Of a stretch of 64,000 nt of DNA, positions 1 to 9,699 are shown in pieces. The position numbers and the translations under genes were made by a program. This DNA comes from Promethearchaeota archaeon (GTDB taxonomy: Archaea; Asgardarchaeota; Lokiarchaeia; Sigyniarchaeales; SOKP01): the NCBI GenBank assembly GCA_030599585.1, contig JAUVNS010000006.1, positions 32,001-96,000 on the forward strand, in the 5' to 3' direction. Under the pieces are notes generated by a model. The model was not told where the DNA came from, did no database searches, and saw only the letters and a program-made list of their open reading frames with translations. The first letter of the stretch is position 1. Every line of letters starts with the position of its first letter.

Positions 1-1101
1 GGTGAAATAACCAGGTATAGACTTCAAGAGGAAATCAAAAAGAAGGAAGAAGATCGCATCGGAGAGCTGAAAGATGTTGTTTTGGAAGTTGAAAATCTTA
101 AAACATATTTCTACACGGAAGAAGGAGTTGTGAGAGCTTTAGAGGAAATATCTTTAGAGATAAAGAAAGGTGAAGTATTAGGGCTAGTAGGGGAAACAGG
201 TTGTGGAAAAACGGTCACAGCATTATCTATTCTTCAGATAATAAGAGATCCAGGGGTAATTGAAGCCGGACGGATTATTTATAAAGGAGAAGATTTACTG
301 AAAAAAAATGAGGAAGAAATGTTAAATTATCGTGGAAAAGAAATAACGATGATTTTTCAGGATCCTTTACTTTCCTTAAATCCTGTTTTTAAAGTAGGAA
401 AACAGATATCTGAAGTTTATCTTCTGAATATGGAAAAAGAATTGACTTTGGAAGCTTTAAAAAACCCCAAAACAAGTATATATGGAATTGCTCGTGATTG
501 GAGTGTAAAAATGTTAGAAGATTTAAATATTCCTAATGCTGAAAGCATCTATGACCTATATCCTCACGAATTAAGTGGTGGTATGAGACAAAGAGTCCAA
601 ATTGCTATGGCTCTTGCATGTAATCCAAGTTTATTGATAGCAGATGAACCAACGACTGCTTTGGATGTGACTGTTCAGAATCAAATACTAAAACTTATGA
701 AAGATTTATTGAAGAAATATGAAACTTCAATTTTGTTTATTACACATGATTTAGGAATTATTTCAAAGGTAAGTGACAAAGTCGCGGTGATGTATAGTGG
801 TTATATTGTGGAAAATGGCGCGCGAAAAACATTATTTAGTTCTCCATTTCATCCGTATACTAAAGCTCTCTTGAGATCGATTCCAAAAGTAAGAGAAGAA
901 AAAGAAAAATTAGAGGTCATTCGTGGATCAGTTCCTAATTTAATATATCCTCCTTCAGGTTGTCGTTTTCATCCACGTTGCCCCTATCGATTTGAAATAT
1001 GTGATTCAATAATACCAAAAAATATAGAAGTTAGCCCAGATTATTATGTGGCTTGTCATCTCTATGATCCTGAATTTAAAGATCATACAGAAAAGATATA
1101 A
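1..1101 (+). CDS. oppD: Oligopeptide/dipeptide ABC transporter ATP-binding protein (OppD/DppD-like), 5'-partial
   Basis: Walker A GETGCGKT, signature LSGGMRQR, Walker B LLIADEPT, C-terminal GCRFHPRC..C..C domain. The frame is open from base 1 (GEITRYRLQEEIKKKEEDRIGELKDVV), so the gene starts before the window rather than at TTG 82. Confidence 0.9.
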   Translation, partial: GEITRYRLQEEIKKKEEDRIGELKDVVLEVENLKTYFYTEEGVVRALEEISLEIKKGEVLGLVGETGCGKTVTALSILQIIRDPGVIEAGRIIYKGEDLLKKNEEEMLNYRGKEITMIFQDPLLSLNPVFKVGKQISEVYLLNMEKELTLEALKNPKTSIYGIARDWSVKMLEDLNIPNAESIYDLYPHELSGGMRQRVQIAMALACNPSLLIADEPTTALDVTVQNQILKLMKDLLKKYETSILFITHDLGIISKVSDKVAVMYSGYIVENGARKTLFSSPFHPYTKALLRSIPKVREEKEKLEVIRGSVPNLIYPPSGCRFHPRCPYRFEICDSIIPKNIEVSPDYYVACHLYDPEFKDHTEKI

Positions 1102-1124
1102 TAAAAAATAATTTGAGAATGTGA

Positions 1125-2900
1125 TTGATTTTGTTATTACAAACCTTTAGAAATGAACCTTGGATTCAAATAAGTTTATTAATTGTTGTTTTTATAATTG
1201 GAATTGCTTTACAAAAATCATATAATAAAAATATACTGAAGTTAGAAACTTATACGAACGGTTTTTCTCTAACATTGAGAAAAAACTCTCCTTTTATGAG
1301 ATTAATCTTTTTAAATCTTACTTGGTTAATAGTTAATCTTTCAGGAATTTTTATTTCCTTCTTTCTATTTAATTTTGTTTTTTTTTATTTGGTTAACATA
1401 ATTGATGTTTTATTGATTATTGCTAATATAATTATAGGTACTCTATTGTACATGAAATTGTATAATAAAGAATTAAAAAATTCTCTCATTACAATCACAC
1501 TAATTCAAATAGTTCTAAGTGGGATTGGTATCTTGCTTAACCTTTTTTTTAAGGTATTCCAAACCAGTTTGTCTCTACCTGATGATCAAGTAATGATTTA
1601 TTTCTTCGAATATATTATAAGTGTTGTAATAACGATTAGCCTTACAATATTTTTTATTAAATATGGGAGTAAAATCCAATTAGTTTATGAGACAACAGGT
1701 TTAATAGCTCTTACAGCTGTTATACCAGGGTTGATTTTTATTTCAATTAATTTTCTTTTAGACCCAGTATTTATTTTTTATAATCTCGTTCAAGTTATTA
1801 TAGTTGCCTTGGCTATTTCTATTATTTTAGCAATAATTCTTAAAAAGCTTTCATATAGAAAAATCCCTCGATATGATTTAGAAGAAATGAAAGCTCTTGA
1901 AAAAGGTCAAGCCCTATTGGACATTGAAGATTTAAAAGTCCATTATCCGCTTCTTAAAGGTGTTTTAAGAAAACAAATTGGTTCTGTCAAAGCAGTAGAT
2001 GGTGTTTCCTTTAGCATTAAAGCTGGTGAAACTGTTGGATTAGTTGGAGAAAGTGGATGTGGAAAAACAACAGTAGCTTTGGCTATTTTAGGATTAATCG
2101 AGAAAACATCAGGTAATTTGTTATTAAAAGAAGAACTCCTACCAAAAGATTATTCGCGTATAATAAGAAAAAGTATTCAAATGGTATTCCAAGATCCTGA
2201 TGCTTCATTAAACCCTCAATTGAAAGTAATAGATATCATTGCAGAGCCGCTCAAAAACATATTGGGAATCACTAATAATATTAAACTTAGAAAGCATGTG
2301 TTAAAACTTTTAGAAGAAGTCTCTCTAAAGAAAGAGCATTTAGATAGATATCCGCATGAATTCTCAGGGGGACAAAAGCAACGAATAATCATTGCCAGAG
2401 CATTAGCTTGTAATCCAGAACTAATTATACTGGACGAACCTACTTCTGCCCTTGATGTATCTGTTCAAGCTCAAATCCTTAATTTACTCAGAGATTTACA
2501 AAGAACTTATAATTACGGTTTTCTATTTATCACACATGATTTATCTGTGGTTCATCACATCGCTGATCGGATTGCTGTTATGTATCTTGGCAAAATTGTT
2601 GAAGTGGGTAATAAAAAACAGATATTCTCAAATCCCACTCACCCATACACTAAAGCCCTTCTCGCGTCCCGTTCAGAAGTCAGTGAAGAGGATCGGGAGA
2701 TTACCTTTGTTCTTTCAGGAGAGGTTCCAAGTCCAATTAATCCACCTCCAGGTTGCAGTTTTCATCCCAGGTGTTATACAGAATCGTATAACGAACTATG
2801 CAAACAAGAATCACCTCATAAGATTGAAGTAGAAGAAGGGCATTTTATTTGGTGTGTGAACGAGGAAGTACTAAGAGATACTCACGATTTTGTTTTTTAA
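1125..2900 (+). CDS. oppF: OppF/DppF-like ABC ATPase fused to an N-terminal multi-pass membrane domain
   Basis: About 240 hydrophobic N-terminal residues, then KAVDGVSF, GESGCGKT, FSGGQKQR, IILDEPT and PPPGCSFHPRC. Confidence 0.88.
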   Translation: MILLLQTFRNEPWIQISLLIVVFIIGIALQKSYNKNILKLETYTNGFSLTLRKNSPFMRLIFLNLTWLIVNLSGIFISFFLFNFVFFYLVNIIDVLLIIANIIIGTLLYMKLYNKELKNSLITITLIQIVLSGIGILLNLFFKVFQTSLSLPDDQVMIYFFEYIISVVITISLTIFFIKYGSKIQLVYETTGLIALTAVIPGLIFISINFLLDPVFIFYNLVQVIIVALAISIILAIILKKLSYRKIPRYDLEEMKALEKGQALLDIEDLKVHYPLLKGVLRKQIGSVKAVDGVSFSIKAGETVGLVGESGCGKTTVALAILGLIEKTSGNLLLKEELLPKDYSRIIRKSIQMVFQDPDASLNPQLKVIDIIAEPLKNILGITNNIKLRKHVLKLLEEVSLKKEHLDRYPHEFSGGQKQRIIIARALACNPELIILDEPTSALDVSVQAQILNLLRDLQRTYNYGFLFITHDLSVVHHIADRIAVMYLGKIVEVGNKKQIFSNPTHPYTKALLASRSEVSEEDREITFVLSGEVPSPINPPPGCSFHPRCYTESYNELCKQESPHKIEVEEGHFIWCVNEEVLRDTHDFVF

Positions 2901-2919
2901 TAATTAGCTTCTTTTTTTC

Positions 2920-2937
2920 AAATTACATTAGTAATTT
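2920..2937. promoter_or_regulatory. Palindromic candidate operator AAATTAC-ATTA-GTAATTT
   Basis: Perfect 7-4-7 inverted repeat about 80 bp upstream of the 3015 start. The same core recurs upstream of other catabolic genes. Confidence 0.55.
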
Positions 2938-3014
2938 ACAGAGTTTTTACCAGTTATATTTTATATAATGAAGTACTTTTTCTTTAGAATTTATTAAAAA
3001 AGTGCTTAAATATA

Positions 3015-5099
3015 ATGATAAAAAAAAGAAGAAAACTAAAAATTATATGCATAATCTCCTTAGTTCTGATTTGTACTTCATATTCTTTATCTTTTCTAGG
3101 ATTTACCAGCGAAGGTGAGTATAATTCATCTACTTTCTCACCTATTACTGCCCAAGGAGGTGTCCATTGGCCAGGAAATTCAAGTGAATGGACAGAAATA
3201 GATCCTGCAGACCAGGGATTAGATGCTGATAAGATATCGCAAATGTTTGATGTAATTGAATCTTCTTCGTACGATATCCACAGTGTTATCATTGTAAAGA
3301 ATGGGTATCTTATAAGAGAAGAGTTCTTAAATGATTCGGTAATTCGTCCAGAGGAAACATACGCAGATGGGACTAAACTCCATTTCCAAGCTTCCACAAC
3401 CAAATCCTTAATGTCTCTTTTAATTGGGGCTGCTATAGGACAAGGTTTTTTAAATGATATAAATCAGACTCTCTACGAATTTTTTGCTGATATTTGGAGT
3501 CCTAGTTTTGCTAATAGTACGCTAAAAAAGAACATTACAATAGAACAGCTGTTAATGATGAATGCAGGGCTTATGGGCTCTTATGATTCTGCTTATCCCG
3601 AAGGTTCTACTGTTTTGATTGATTGTATTAATTGGACGCTTAATAACGTGCCTATACAATATACTCCTGGAGAACTTGGAGGTTTTGCATATAGTAATGA
3701 TGGACCTCATCTCTTATCAGGGATAATAGCTAATGTAACTGGGATGAACACATCTGCTTTTGCTCAACAGTATTTATTCGGACCAATGGGAATAACAGAA
3801 GAAGAATGGAGTTGGCGGAATGATAGCAAAGGTGTTAGTTTAGGGGGATATGGATTTGATTGTTCACCGAAAGTACAAGCAAAAATAGGAGTACTATGTT
3901 TGAATAATGGTAATTGGAATGGCACTCAACTGATACCTTCAGATTATGTAAAGGAAGCGACATCATTCAAGACATCTCATGGAAGATGGACTTATGCTCC
4001 CCCAACTGATATCTTTAATTATGGATATCTATTCTATACTAACGACTCTAATAATGGATACCATACAGCTGGTGCAGGTGGGCAAAATATCTATGTTATT
4101 CCGGACTACAATACAACTGTAGCTTTTACAGGTTGGGACATGTCTGATGCAGTGTATAAGAGTTTTATATATGATTATATTCTTTATGCTGAAAGTAATG
4201 ATACTAAATGGGAACGAACCAGTGATTGGACTGGTGCAGAAGAAAAAACATATACTTGGGAAACAACTGAAGCGGATGAAAGTACACTATTACAGATGAA
4301 TACAGAATTAAAGCTTTCTCTCGGAGCTTCTTCTCGGCAATATTCTTTTAGTTCGGGAACTGCTACTGGTTTAGCGGGATCTGGGATGATAATAGAAGCA
4401 ACTATAACGAATGTCGCCTACGACCAATTGTCTGCGTCATTCAACGGGAATGTTTCAATTTTAAGCGGAGATGTGACTACAGAAATCGGTGGAGTAACAG
4501 ACATCTACGGCCTCACATCTAGTGGAGAAATTTGCATAATTGCCAATGAATCTAACACAGATAATTTAGACGCACATTTAACTATGTATTATAAGTATTC
4601 AAGCATATTTTACACATTTCCATTAGATTACATGATGCCCTCTGGTTATGGTTGGACGAGTACTGGTTATAATCTGTATCTACTATTTACCGCGATAAAT
4701 ACTGATTGGGATTATGTACTCTCAAATTGGAACGCTACCCTTCAAGGCTCACTGACTTATGGTACAGACTATACACTGGAGAAATCTGGGAATGGGTGGA
4801 ATGTTTGGTATAATGTGGGTGCCACAAATCCATTTCTCGTTCCTATTTGGGGTGACTATGACCAGACAGAGACACTCGAAATTACATTTGAATATGATAA
4901 CAATGGTGTTTTAAACTATTCCTCGGTAAGTTATGGTGGAGTAGTTGCTCATAGATTAGAGCTAAAGGTTGAAGCACCTCCAACTCCGCCTCCCGAAATT
5001 CCGGGTTACGATCTTGTCTATTTGTTAGGTGTTAGCACATTTGCTGGAGTAAGCATAATATTACTTAAAAAACGCAGAAAATTTCAGAAAGAACTTTAA
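3015..5099 (+). CDS. Secreted serine hydrolase (beta-lactamase/AmpC-like family) with a C-terminal Loki-CTERM-like sorting signal
   Basis: N-terminal signal/TM, SxxK (STTK), YxN (YSN), LL.M.AG and GAGGQ motifs. Ends in a Pro-rich linker, IPGY, a TM helix and KKRRK. Confidence 0.85.
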   Translation: MIKKRRKLKIICIISLVLICTSYSLSFLGFTSEGEYNSSTFSPITAQGGVHWPGNSSEWTEIDPADQGLDADKISQMFDVIESSSYDIHSVIIVKNGYLIREEFLNDSVIRPEETYADGTKLHFQASTTKSLMSLLIGAAIGQGFLNDINQTLYEFFADIWSPSFANSTLKKNITIEQLLMMNAGLMGSYDSAYPEGSTVLIDCINWTLNNVPIQYTPGELGGFAYSNDGPHLLSGIIANVTGMNTSAFAQQYLFGPMGITEEEWSWRNDSKGVSLGGYGFDCSPKVQAKIGVLCLNNGNWNGTQLIPSDYVKEATSFKTSHGRWTYAPPTDIFNYGYLFYTNDSNNGYHTAGAGGQNIYVIPDYNTTVAFTGWDMSDAVYKSFIYDYILYAESNDTKWERTSDWTGAEEKTYTWETTEADESTLLQMNTELKLSLGASSRQYSFSSGTATGLAGSGMIIEATITNVAYDQLSASFNGNVSILSGDVTTEIGGVTDIYGLTSSGEICIIANESNTDNLDAHLTMYYKYSSIFYTFPLDYMMPSGYGWTSTGYNLYLLFTAINTDWDYVLSNWNATLQGSLTYGTDYTLEKSGNGWNVWYNVGATNPFLVPIWGDYDQTETLEITFEYDNNGVLNYSSVSYGGVVAHRLELKVEAPPTPPPEIPGYDLVYLLGVSTFAGVSIILLKKRRKFQKEL

Positions 5100-5120
5100 A
5101 TATTTACATTTTAAAATAAT

Positions 5121-5135
5121 TCTCTTTTTTTTTTT
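5121..5135 (+). terminator. T-tract terminator between convergent genes
   Basis: TCTC followed by a T11 run just downstream of the 5099 stop. Confidence 0.4.
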
Positions 5136-5145
5136 AAACTCTTAA

Positions 5146-5919
5146 CTATTTTAATTTTTTAAAATATTCTCTGTAGCCTTTCTTTACTATATTATGTTGG
5201 CTAATCTTCACACTTGGAGGTAGTTCGACATATTGCTTCATTTTATCTAAATAAAATTGAACCTTACCTTCGAACTCCTTTTGTAAAATAACGGGATCCG
5301 GGAGATGAAACGATCTACAAGCAATCAAGCCCATTATTGCATTTCCTATAGGATTTACATGCAAACCGTCAAGCATTAATTCGGAATATGTGTTTTTGTC
5401 ATTCTTATAAAACGCTGAGAAATACTTGTATTGATCGATAAGTGGGATTTGCCTTTCAGAACTAATCATCCTTTTAATTTCCATATAATCTGGAAACTTT
5501 TGAAATGTTTCAGACATTTCTTCAAATATCGGGCAATAATATGTTTGAAGAATTGGTAAACACTTGATTCCATATAGTTTATCAATAATTTTATCCAAGC
5601 TAGCTCTATAATCATCAAGTGGCATTCCTGCATTGGCATCATTACCACCTATGGTTATAAAGGTAATATCCGGTTTGTAGTTAATAACATCACGATCGAT
5701 TCTTTTTAATAGGTCTTCGACTGTTTCTCCATTAATCCCTTGATTTATAGTAGTTATCTGTCTTCCAACCCATTCACGGAAAGAAGCTGTTAGCCAGGAA
5801 AACCAATTAAAATGACCTAAAGAGTGCCAATGAAGTTCGGTATTACTCGATCCGAAAGCAATAATGCGAATTGCTTTACTTGGTTCTTTTTTCCAATTTC
5901 TTGTTAATTGTTTAAGCAT
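5146..5919 (-). CDS. SGNH/GDSL-family hydrolase
   Basis: Block I FGSSNT, block II NQGINGET, block III GGND, block V DGLHVN. Confidence 0.88.
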   Translation of the reverse strand: MLKQLTRNWKKEPSKAIRIIAFGSSNTELHWHSLGHFNWFSWLTASFREWVGRQITTINQGINGETVEDLLKRIDRDVINYKPDITFITIGGNDANAGMPLDDYRASLDKIIDKLYGIKCLPILQTYYCPIFEEMSETFQKFPDYMEIKRMISSERQIPLIDQYKYFSAFYKNDKNTYSELMLDGLHVNPIGNAIMGLIACRSFHLPDPVILQKEFEGKVQFYLDKMKQYVELPPSVKISQHNIVKKGYREYFKKLK

Positions 5920-5969
5920 TTTTACTTAGGCTCTTTAATTTTTCAGTTATTCTTTTTATTATCGCAAAA

Positions 5970-7844
5970 CTAAAAATTATATTTTGAGTTTAAAATCCTA
6001 TTATATATTTCTTTTGTCATAAGTTCATATCCAGATGAGTTAGGTAAAAGAATATAAAGAGAATCTTCTATTTTTTCAAGATTAAATGACTCTTTTTTTA
6101 AATTTCCTTTCTGAATTTTAAGAGTTGCTGTTGTGATTAATTTAGGAGTAAAACGAATAAATTTTGGAATAGCGTATTCTGGTAAACAATCCTGAAGCAT
6201 AGAGTAAAATTTTGAAAAATTAAAATCATTAATAGACTTTGAATTGGTGATAAGCGAAACCATTCCAGCTCGCCCTTCTGTATTAGGTATTAATACACCA
6301 TAAACACAACTCATTTCAACTTGGTCAAAATCATTAATTACAGCCTCAACTTCTTCAGTAGACACATTTTCTCCTTTCCATCTAAAAGTATCTCCAATTC
6401 TATCAACAAATTGAGCGTGTTTATAGATCTTCTTAAAAATTCTTATTTCTTTGATAAGATCTCCAGTATTAAAAAAAATATCTCCCTCCTCAAACACATT
6501 TCTGAAAATCTTTTTTTCATTCGCATTTTTATTAGTATATATGTAAAAATCATCTGTAATTATCTGTGCTATAAGAAGCCCTGCTTTACCTTCCTTTACT
6601 CTAATCATATAACCGTTTTCATCTCTGATAGGCTCATTAGTATCTAAATCATATTTCACAATTGCATATGGATTTAAGGTAAAGCCAACGGTACAATTTA
6701 AATTGAAACGGTTTGCTAAATTTGGTGAATTTTTTTCGGTAGCACCATAGAATTCAAAAATTTGTTTAATTCCAAATCTTTTTTTGAAATCCCTCCACAT
6801 TTCATTCCTGAGACCATTTCCCACGATTTTTTTTATATAATGTTTTCGATCAGTAGGTTTTTCGGGTTGGTTGTATAGGTATCGACAAATTTCACCAATA
6901 TAATTAAAACTAGTAGCTTTAAATTTAATAGCATCATCCCAAAATTTACTAGCAGAAAATTTACGCCTTAATGCAATAGTTGAGCCATATCTTAATGCTG
7001 CTGCATAAGCTACTTGTATAGCATGAGAATGAAACAGAGGAGTAGTCACATATATTACATCCTTGTGGTCAAATCCAACAACAGTATCAGCGAAGTAAAT
7101 ACTACAATCGTAAGTATGTCCGTGTGTAATGATTGCTGCTTTTGGTAACCCCGTTGTTCCACTAGTGAAGATGTAAGCGTATGGGTCTTTCGCTTGGAGT
7201 GTTTTTGATGTTGGAGGGTTGGAAATATCTTCATTTTTTACAAGATCTAATAAATTCTGAAACTCGTCGGGTTTTTTAACATCTCCGTTATCTGGAACAA
7301 AGTATAAATGATTAGATTGTTCTTCTGATAATTTAAGGTCCTGACGAATATCTTCAAACGCTTCTATTAATTCTTCACCAATAATAAAGACTTTTCCAGG
7401 ATCGATGTTAATACTATGCACTAGAGAATTGGATCTTTGTTTAGTATTAATTAGAGAAGAAATAACTCCTATTTTAGACAATCCAAATATTGTAAACATC
7501 ATCTCAGGCCTATTCGTTATAAAAACAACAGCTATATCTCCTTTGTTTAACCCGACCTTTTTTTGGAAATAATTGGCATATCGGTTGCACCATTCATTAT
7601 ATTCCTTATGTGTGTACCTTTCATCTTCAAAAAGAAGTGCGGCATCATTAGGATACTCTTTAGCATGTTTTTCTATCAAAATTGCAACATTATTATAAGA
7701 TTCTGGAGTTATAGCCAAGGCTTCATCAACAACGCTTTCCATTCGCTTAATTACATGGCGAGAAAATAACCAAGTCTTAATGTAATCCCATTTAGAGGGT
7801 AAGTAACTATTCCTTTTTTTTGATTGGGTACGATTTATACTCAT
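5970..7844 (-). CDS. Long-chain fatty acyl-CoA synthetase (FATP/SLC27-like)
   Basis: AMP-binding motif YIFTSGTTGLPKA, YGATE, and the FATP signature DRIGDTFRWKGENVST. Confidence 0.92.
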   Translation of the reverse strand: MSINRTQSKKRNSYLPSKWDYIKTWLFSRHVIKRMESVVDEALAITPESYNNVAILIEKHAKEYPNDAALLFEDERYTHKEYNEWCNRYANYFQKKVGLNKGDIAVVFITNRPEMMFTIFGLSKIGVISSLINTKQRSNSLVHSINIDPGKVFIIGEELIEAFEDIRQDLKLSEEQSNHLYFVPDNGDVKKPDEFQNLLDLVKNEDISNPPTSKTLQAKDPYAYIFTSGTTGLPKAAIITHGHTYDCSIYFADTVVGFDHKDVIYVTTPLFHSHAIQVAYAAALRYGSTIALRRKFSASKFWDDAIKFKATSFNYIGEICRYLYNQPEKPTDRKHYIKKIVGNGLRNEMWRDFKKRFGIKQIFEFYGATEKNSPNLANRFNLNCTVGFTLNPYAIVKYDLDTNEPIRDENGYMIRVKEGKAGLLIAQIITDDFYIYTNKNANEKKIFRNVFEEGDIFFNTGDLIKEIRIFKKIYKHAQFVDRIGDTFRWKGENVSTEEVEAVINDFDQVEMSCVYGVLIPNTEGRAGMVSLITNSKSINDFNFSKFYSMLQDCLPEYAIPKFIRFTPKLITTATLKIQKGNLKKESFNLEKIEDSLYILLPNSSGYELMTKEIYNRILNSKYNF

Positions 7845-7896
7845 AATATAGGCACTTCTTAATTTTAACTAAGTCTTTCATTTAAAAAGTACTTAC

Positions 7897-7929
7897 TATG
7901 TAATTTCTATCAAATTACATAAGTAAAAA
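7897..7929. promoter_or_regulatory. Candidate operator AAATTAC-ATAA-GTAAAAA (7912-7929) within a larger inverted repeat
   Basis: TATGTAATTT-ctatc-AAATTACATA inverted repeat in the divergent ligase/esterase spacer. Confidence 0.5.
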
Positions 7930-8007
7930 AGGATAACTTATAAAAAAAATAAATAAACTTAGTTAGATAAATATTTTTAAAGAGTAAGAAACAGATGAAA
8001 TAAGCTA

Positions 8008-9519
8008 ATGAAAAATTCTGATATTGTTGAAACTACGACGGGAAAACTAAGGGGTTGTATAGAAAAGGGTTTGCCCATTTTTAAAGGGATACCATATGCA
8101 GAACCTCCAATTGGTGATTTGCGTTTCAGGAACACTGTTGAAAAGGAACCTTGGGAAGGCATCCTTGAAGCTGTAGAATTTGGTTTTATCGCCCCTCAAC
8201 CTGATATAGTTGGATCATCGATAAGATATCATCCTCAGAGCGAGGATTGTTTAACATTAAATATTTGGACTCCCGCATGTGATAATGAAAAACGCCCTGT
8301 AATGTTCTGGATTCATGGAGGAGGATTTCACTACGGAGGAGCTCCATCACCACGTTATAATGGTGAATTTTTAAGTCAAAGGGGTGATGTTTGTGTAATT
8401 ACGATAAATTATCGTTTGGGAGCATTAGGGAATCTCTATGTACCTGATGAAGTTTCAAACCTTGGTTTTATGGACCAGATCGCTGCTTTAAAATGGGTTT
8501 ATGATAACATAGCAAATTTTGGTGGAGATCCTCATAATATCACGATTTTTGGTGAGTCTGCAGGAAGTACAGCTGTTTGCACATTACTTTCAATGCCCGC
8601 TGCAAAGTCGTTCGTTCGTCGAGCAATTTGTCAAAGTGGAGCTCTGGATTCTCAAGGTCATCACACAGAAGGTGGTATTCTAGCTTCTAAGACTTTATTT
8701 TCGAGACTCGGAATAAAAATAGGTGACATTGATGCTATTCGCAAAATCTCAGTTGAAAAATTGATTAAAAAAGAAAACGAGATAAGATTAGAAAAATGGG
8801 ATAAACAAGACTGGACGGGTTATCCTCCTACTATTGATGAAAATAAGGTACCGGATCACCCTCTACTAGCCATTGGTAAGGGATCGTCAAAGAATGTAGA
8901 TTTATTAATTGGAACTAACCTTAATGAGTGGACATTCTTTTCAATGTTGACTCCAAAATTACAACTTATTGATTGGAATGGTTTAACTGAACTGATAAAT
9001 ATAAATTTAAATAAATTAGATTTAGATAAAACCCAAGTTGAAAAACTTATCGATTCATTTAAACACTCTAGAAATAACCCCTTTGAGGTATTGAATGCCA
9101 TATCCACGGATGTAACTTTTCGATATCCCTCTATAAGAGTAGCAGAAGCTCAATCAACACACAATAATAATACATATATGTATCTATTTACTTATAGAAC
9201 CCCTGTAATGGGGGGCGTTTTTGGAGCCACTCACGCGCTCGAAATTCCTTTCGTATTTGGATCTTTAGATAATACTGAATTTGGGGTTTATCCTAAGAGG
9301 GATGAAATTAATTCAAAAATTTCTGAGCTAATGATGGATACTTGGATTTCTTTCGCAAGATCAGGTAACCCAAATCACAATGAAATCCCTCCGTGGCCTA
9401 CGTATGATACAGACAATAGATACACATTATTATTTGGTGAGACTATTAAAATAGAGAAAGATCCATTGCGAGCTGAAAGGTTAGCAATGGAAAAACTTCC
9501 TTTTAAGTATAGACATTGA
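8008..9519 (+). CDS. Type-B carboxylesterase (para-nitrobenzyl esterase-like)
   Basis: FKGIPYAEPP, SEDCLTLNIW, HGGG, GESAG nucleophile, and catalytic His in ATHALE. Confidence 0.93.
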   Translation: MKNSDIVETTTGKLRGCIEKGLPIFKGIPYAEPPIGDLRFRNTVEKEPWEGILEAVEFGFIAPQPDIVGSSIRYHPQSEDCLTLNIWTPACDNEKRPVMFWIHGGGFHYGGAPSPRYNGEFLSQRGDVCVITINYRLGALGNLYVPDEVSNLGFMDQIAALKWVYDNIANFGGDPHNITIFGESAGSTAVCTLLSMPAAKSFVRRAICQSGALDSQGHHTEGGILASKTLFSRLGIKIGDIDAIRKISVEKLIKKENEIRLEKWDKQDWTGYPPTIDENKVPDHPLLAIGKGSSKNVDLLIGTNLNEWTFFSMLTPKLQLIDWNGLTELININLNKLDLDKTQVEKLIDSFKHSRNNPFEVLNAISTDVTFRYPSIRVAEAQSTHNNNTYMYLFTYRTPVMGGVFGATHALEIPFVFGSLDNTEFGVYPKRDEINSKISELMMDTWISFARSGNPNHNEIPPWPTYDTDNRYTLLFGETIKIEKDPLRAERLAMEKLPFKYRH

Positions 9520-9583
9520 TCTTTTTCTTAAGAATTTCTTATCTAGTTTGTGATATATTAAGAATTTAAACAAGATTAGCTAT

Positions 9584-9601
9584 TTTTTACGATAGTAAAT
9601 A
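9584..9601. promoter_or_regulatory. Candidate operator TTTTTAC-GATA-GTAAATA
   Basis: Exact TTAC-N4-GTAA core at 9587-9598, about 100 bp upstream of the Fe-ADH start. Confidence 0.45.
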
Positions 9602-9699
9602 TTAATTCTATAAAGAAAATAATTAATATCAATTTCATATAATCATTATTAATTTATGACAGAGTTCAATAATAGTAAAGATAATTATGAGGAGATGTT

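Noticed and set aside
82-84. TTG start called for the first ABC ATPase
   Set aside because: The frame is open to the window edge and no SD precedes it, so the gene is 5'-truncated.
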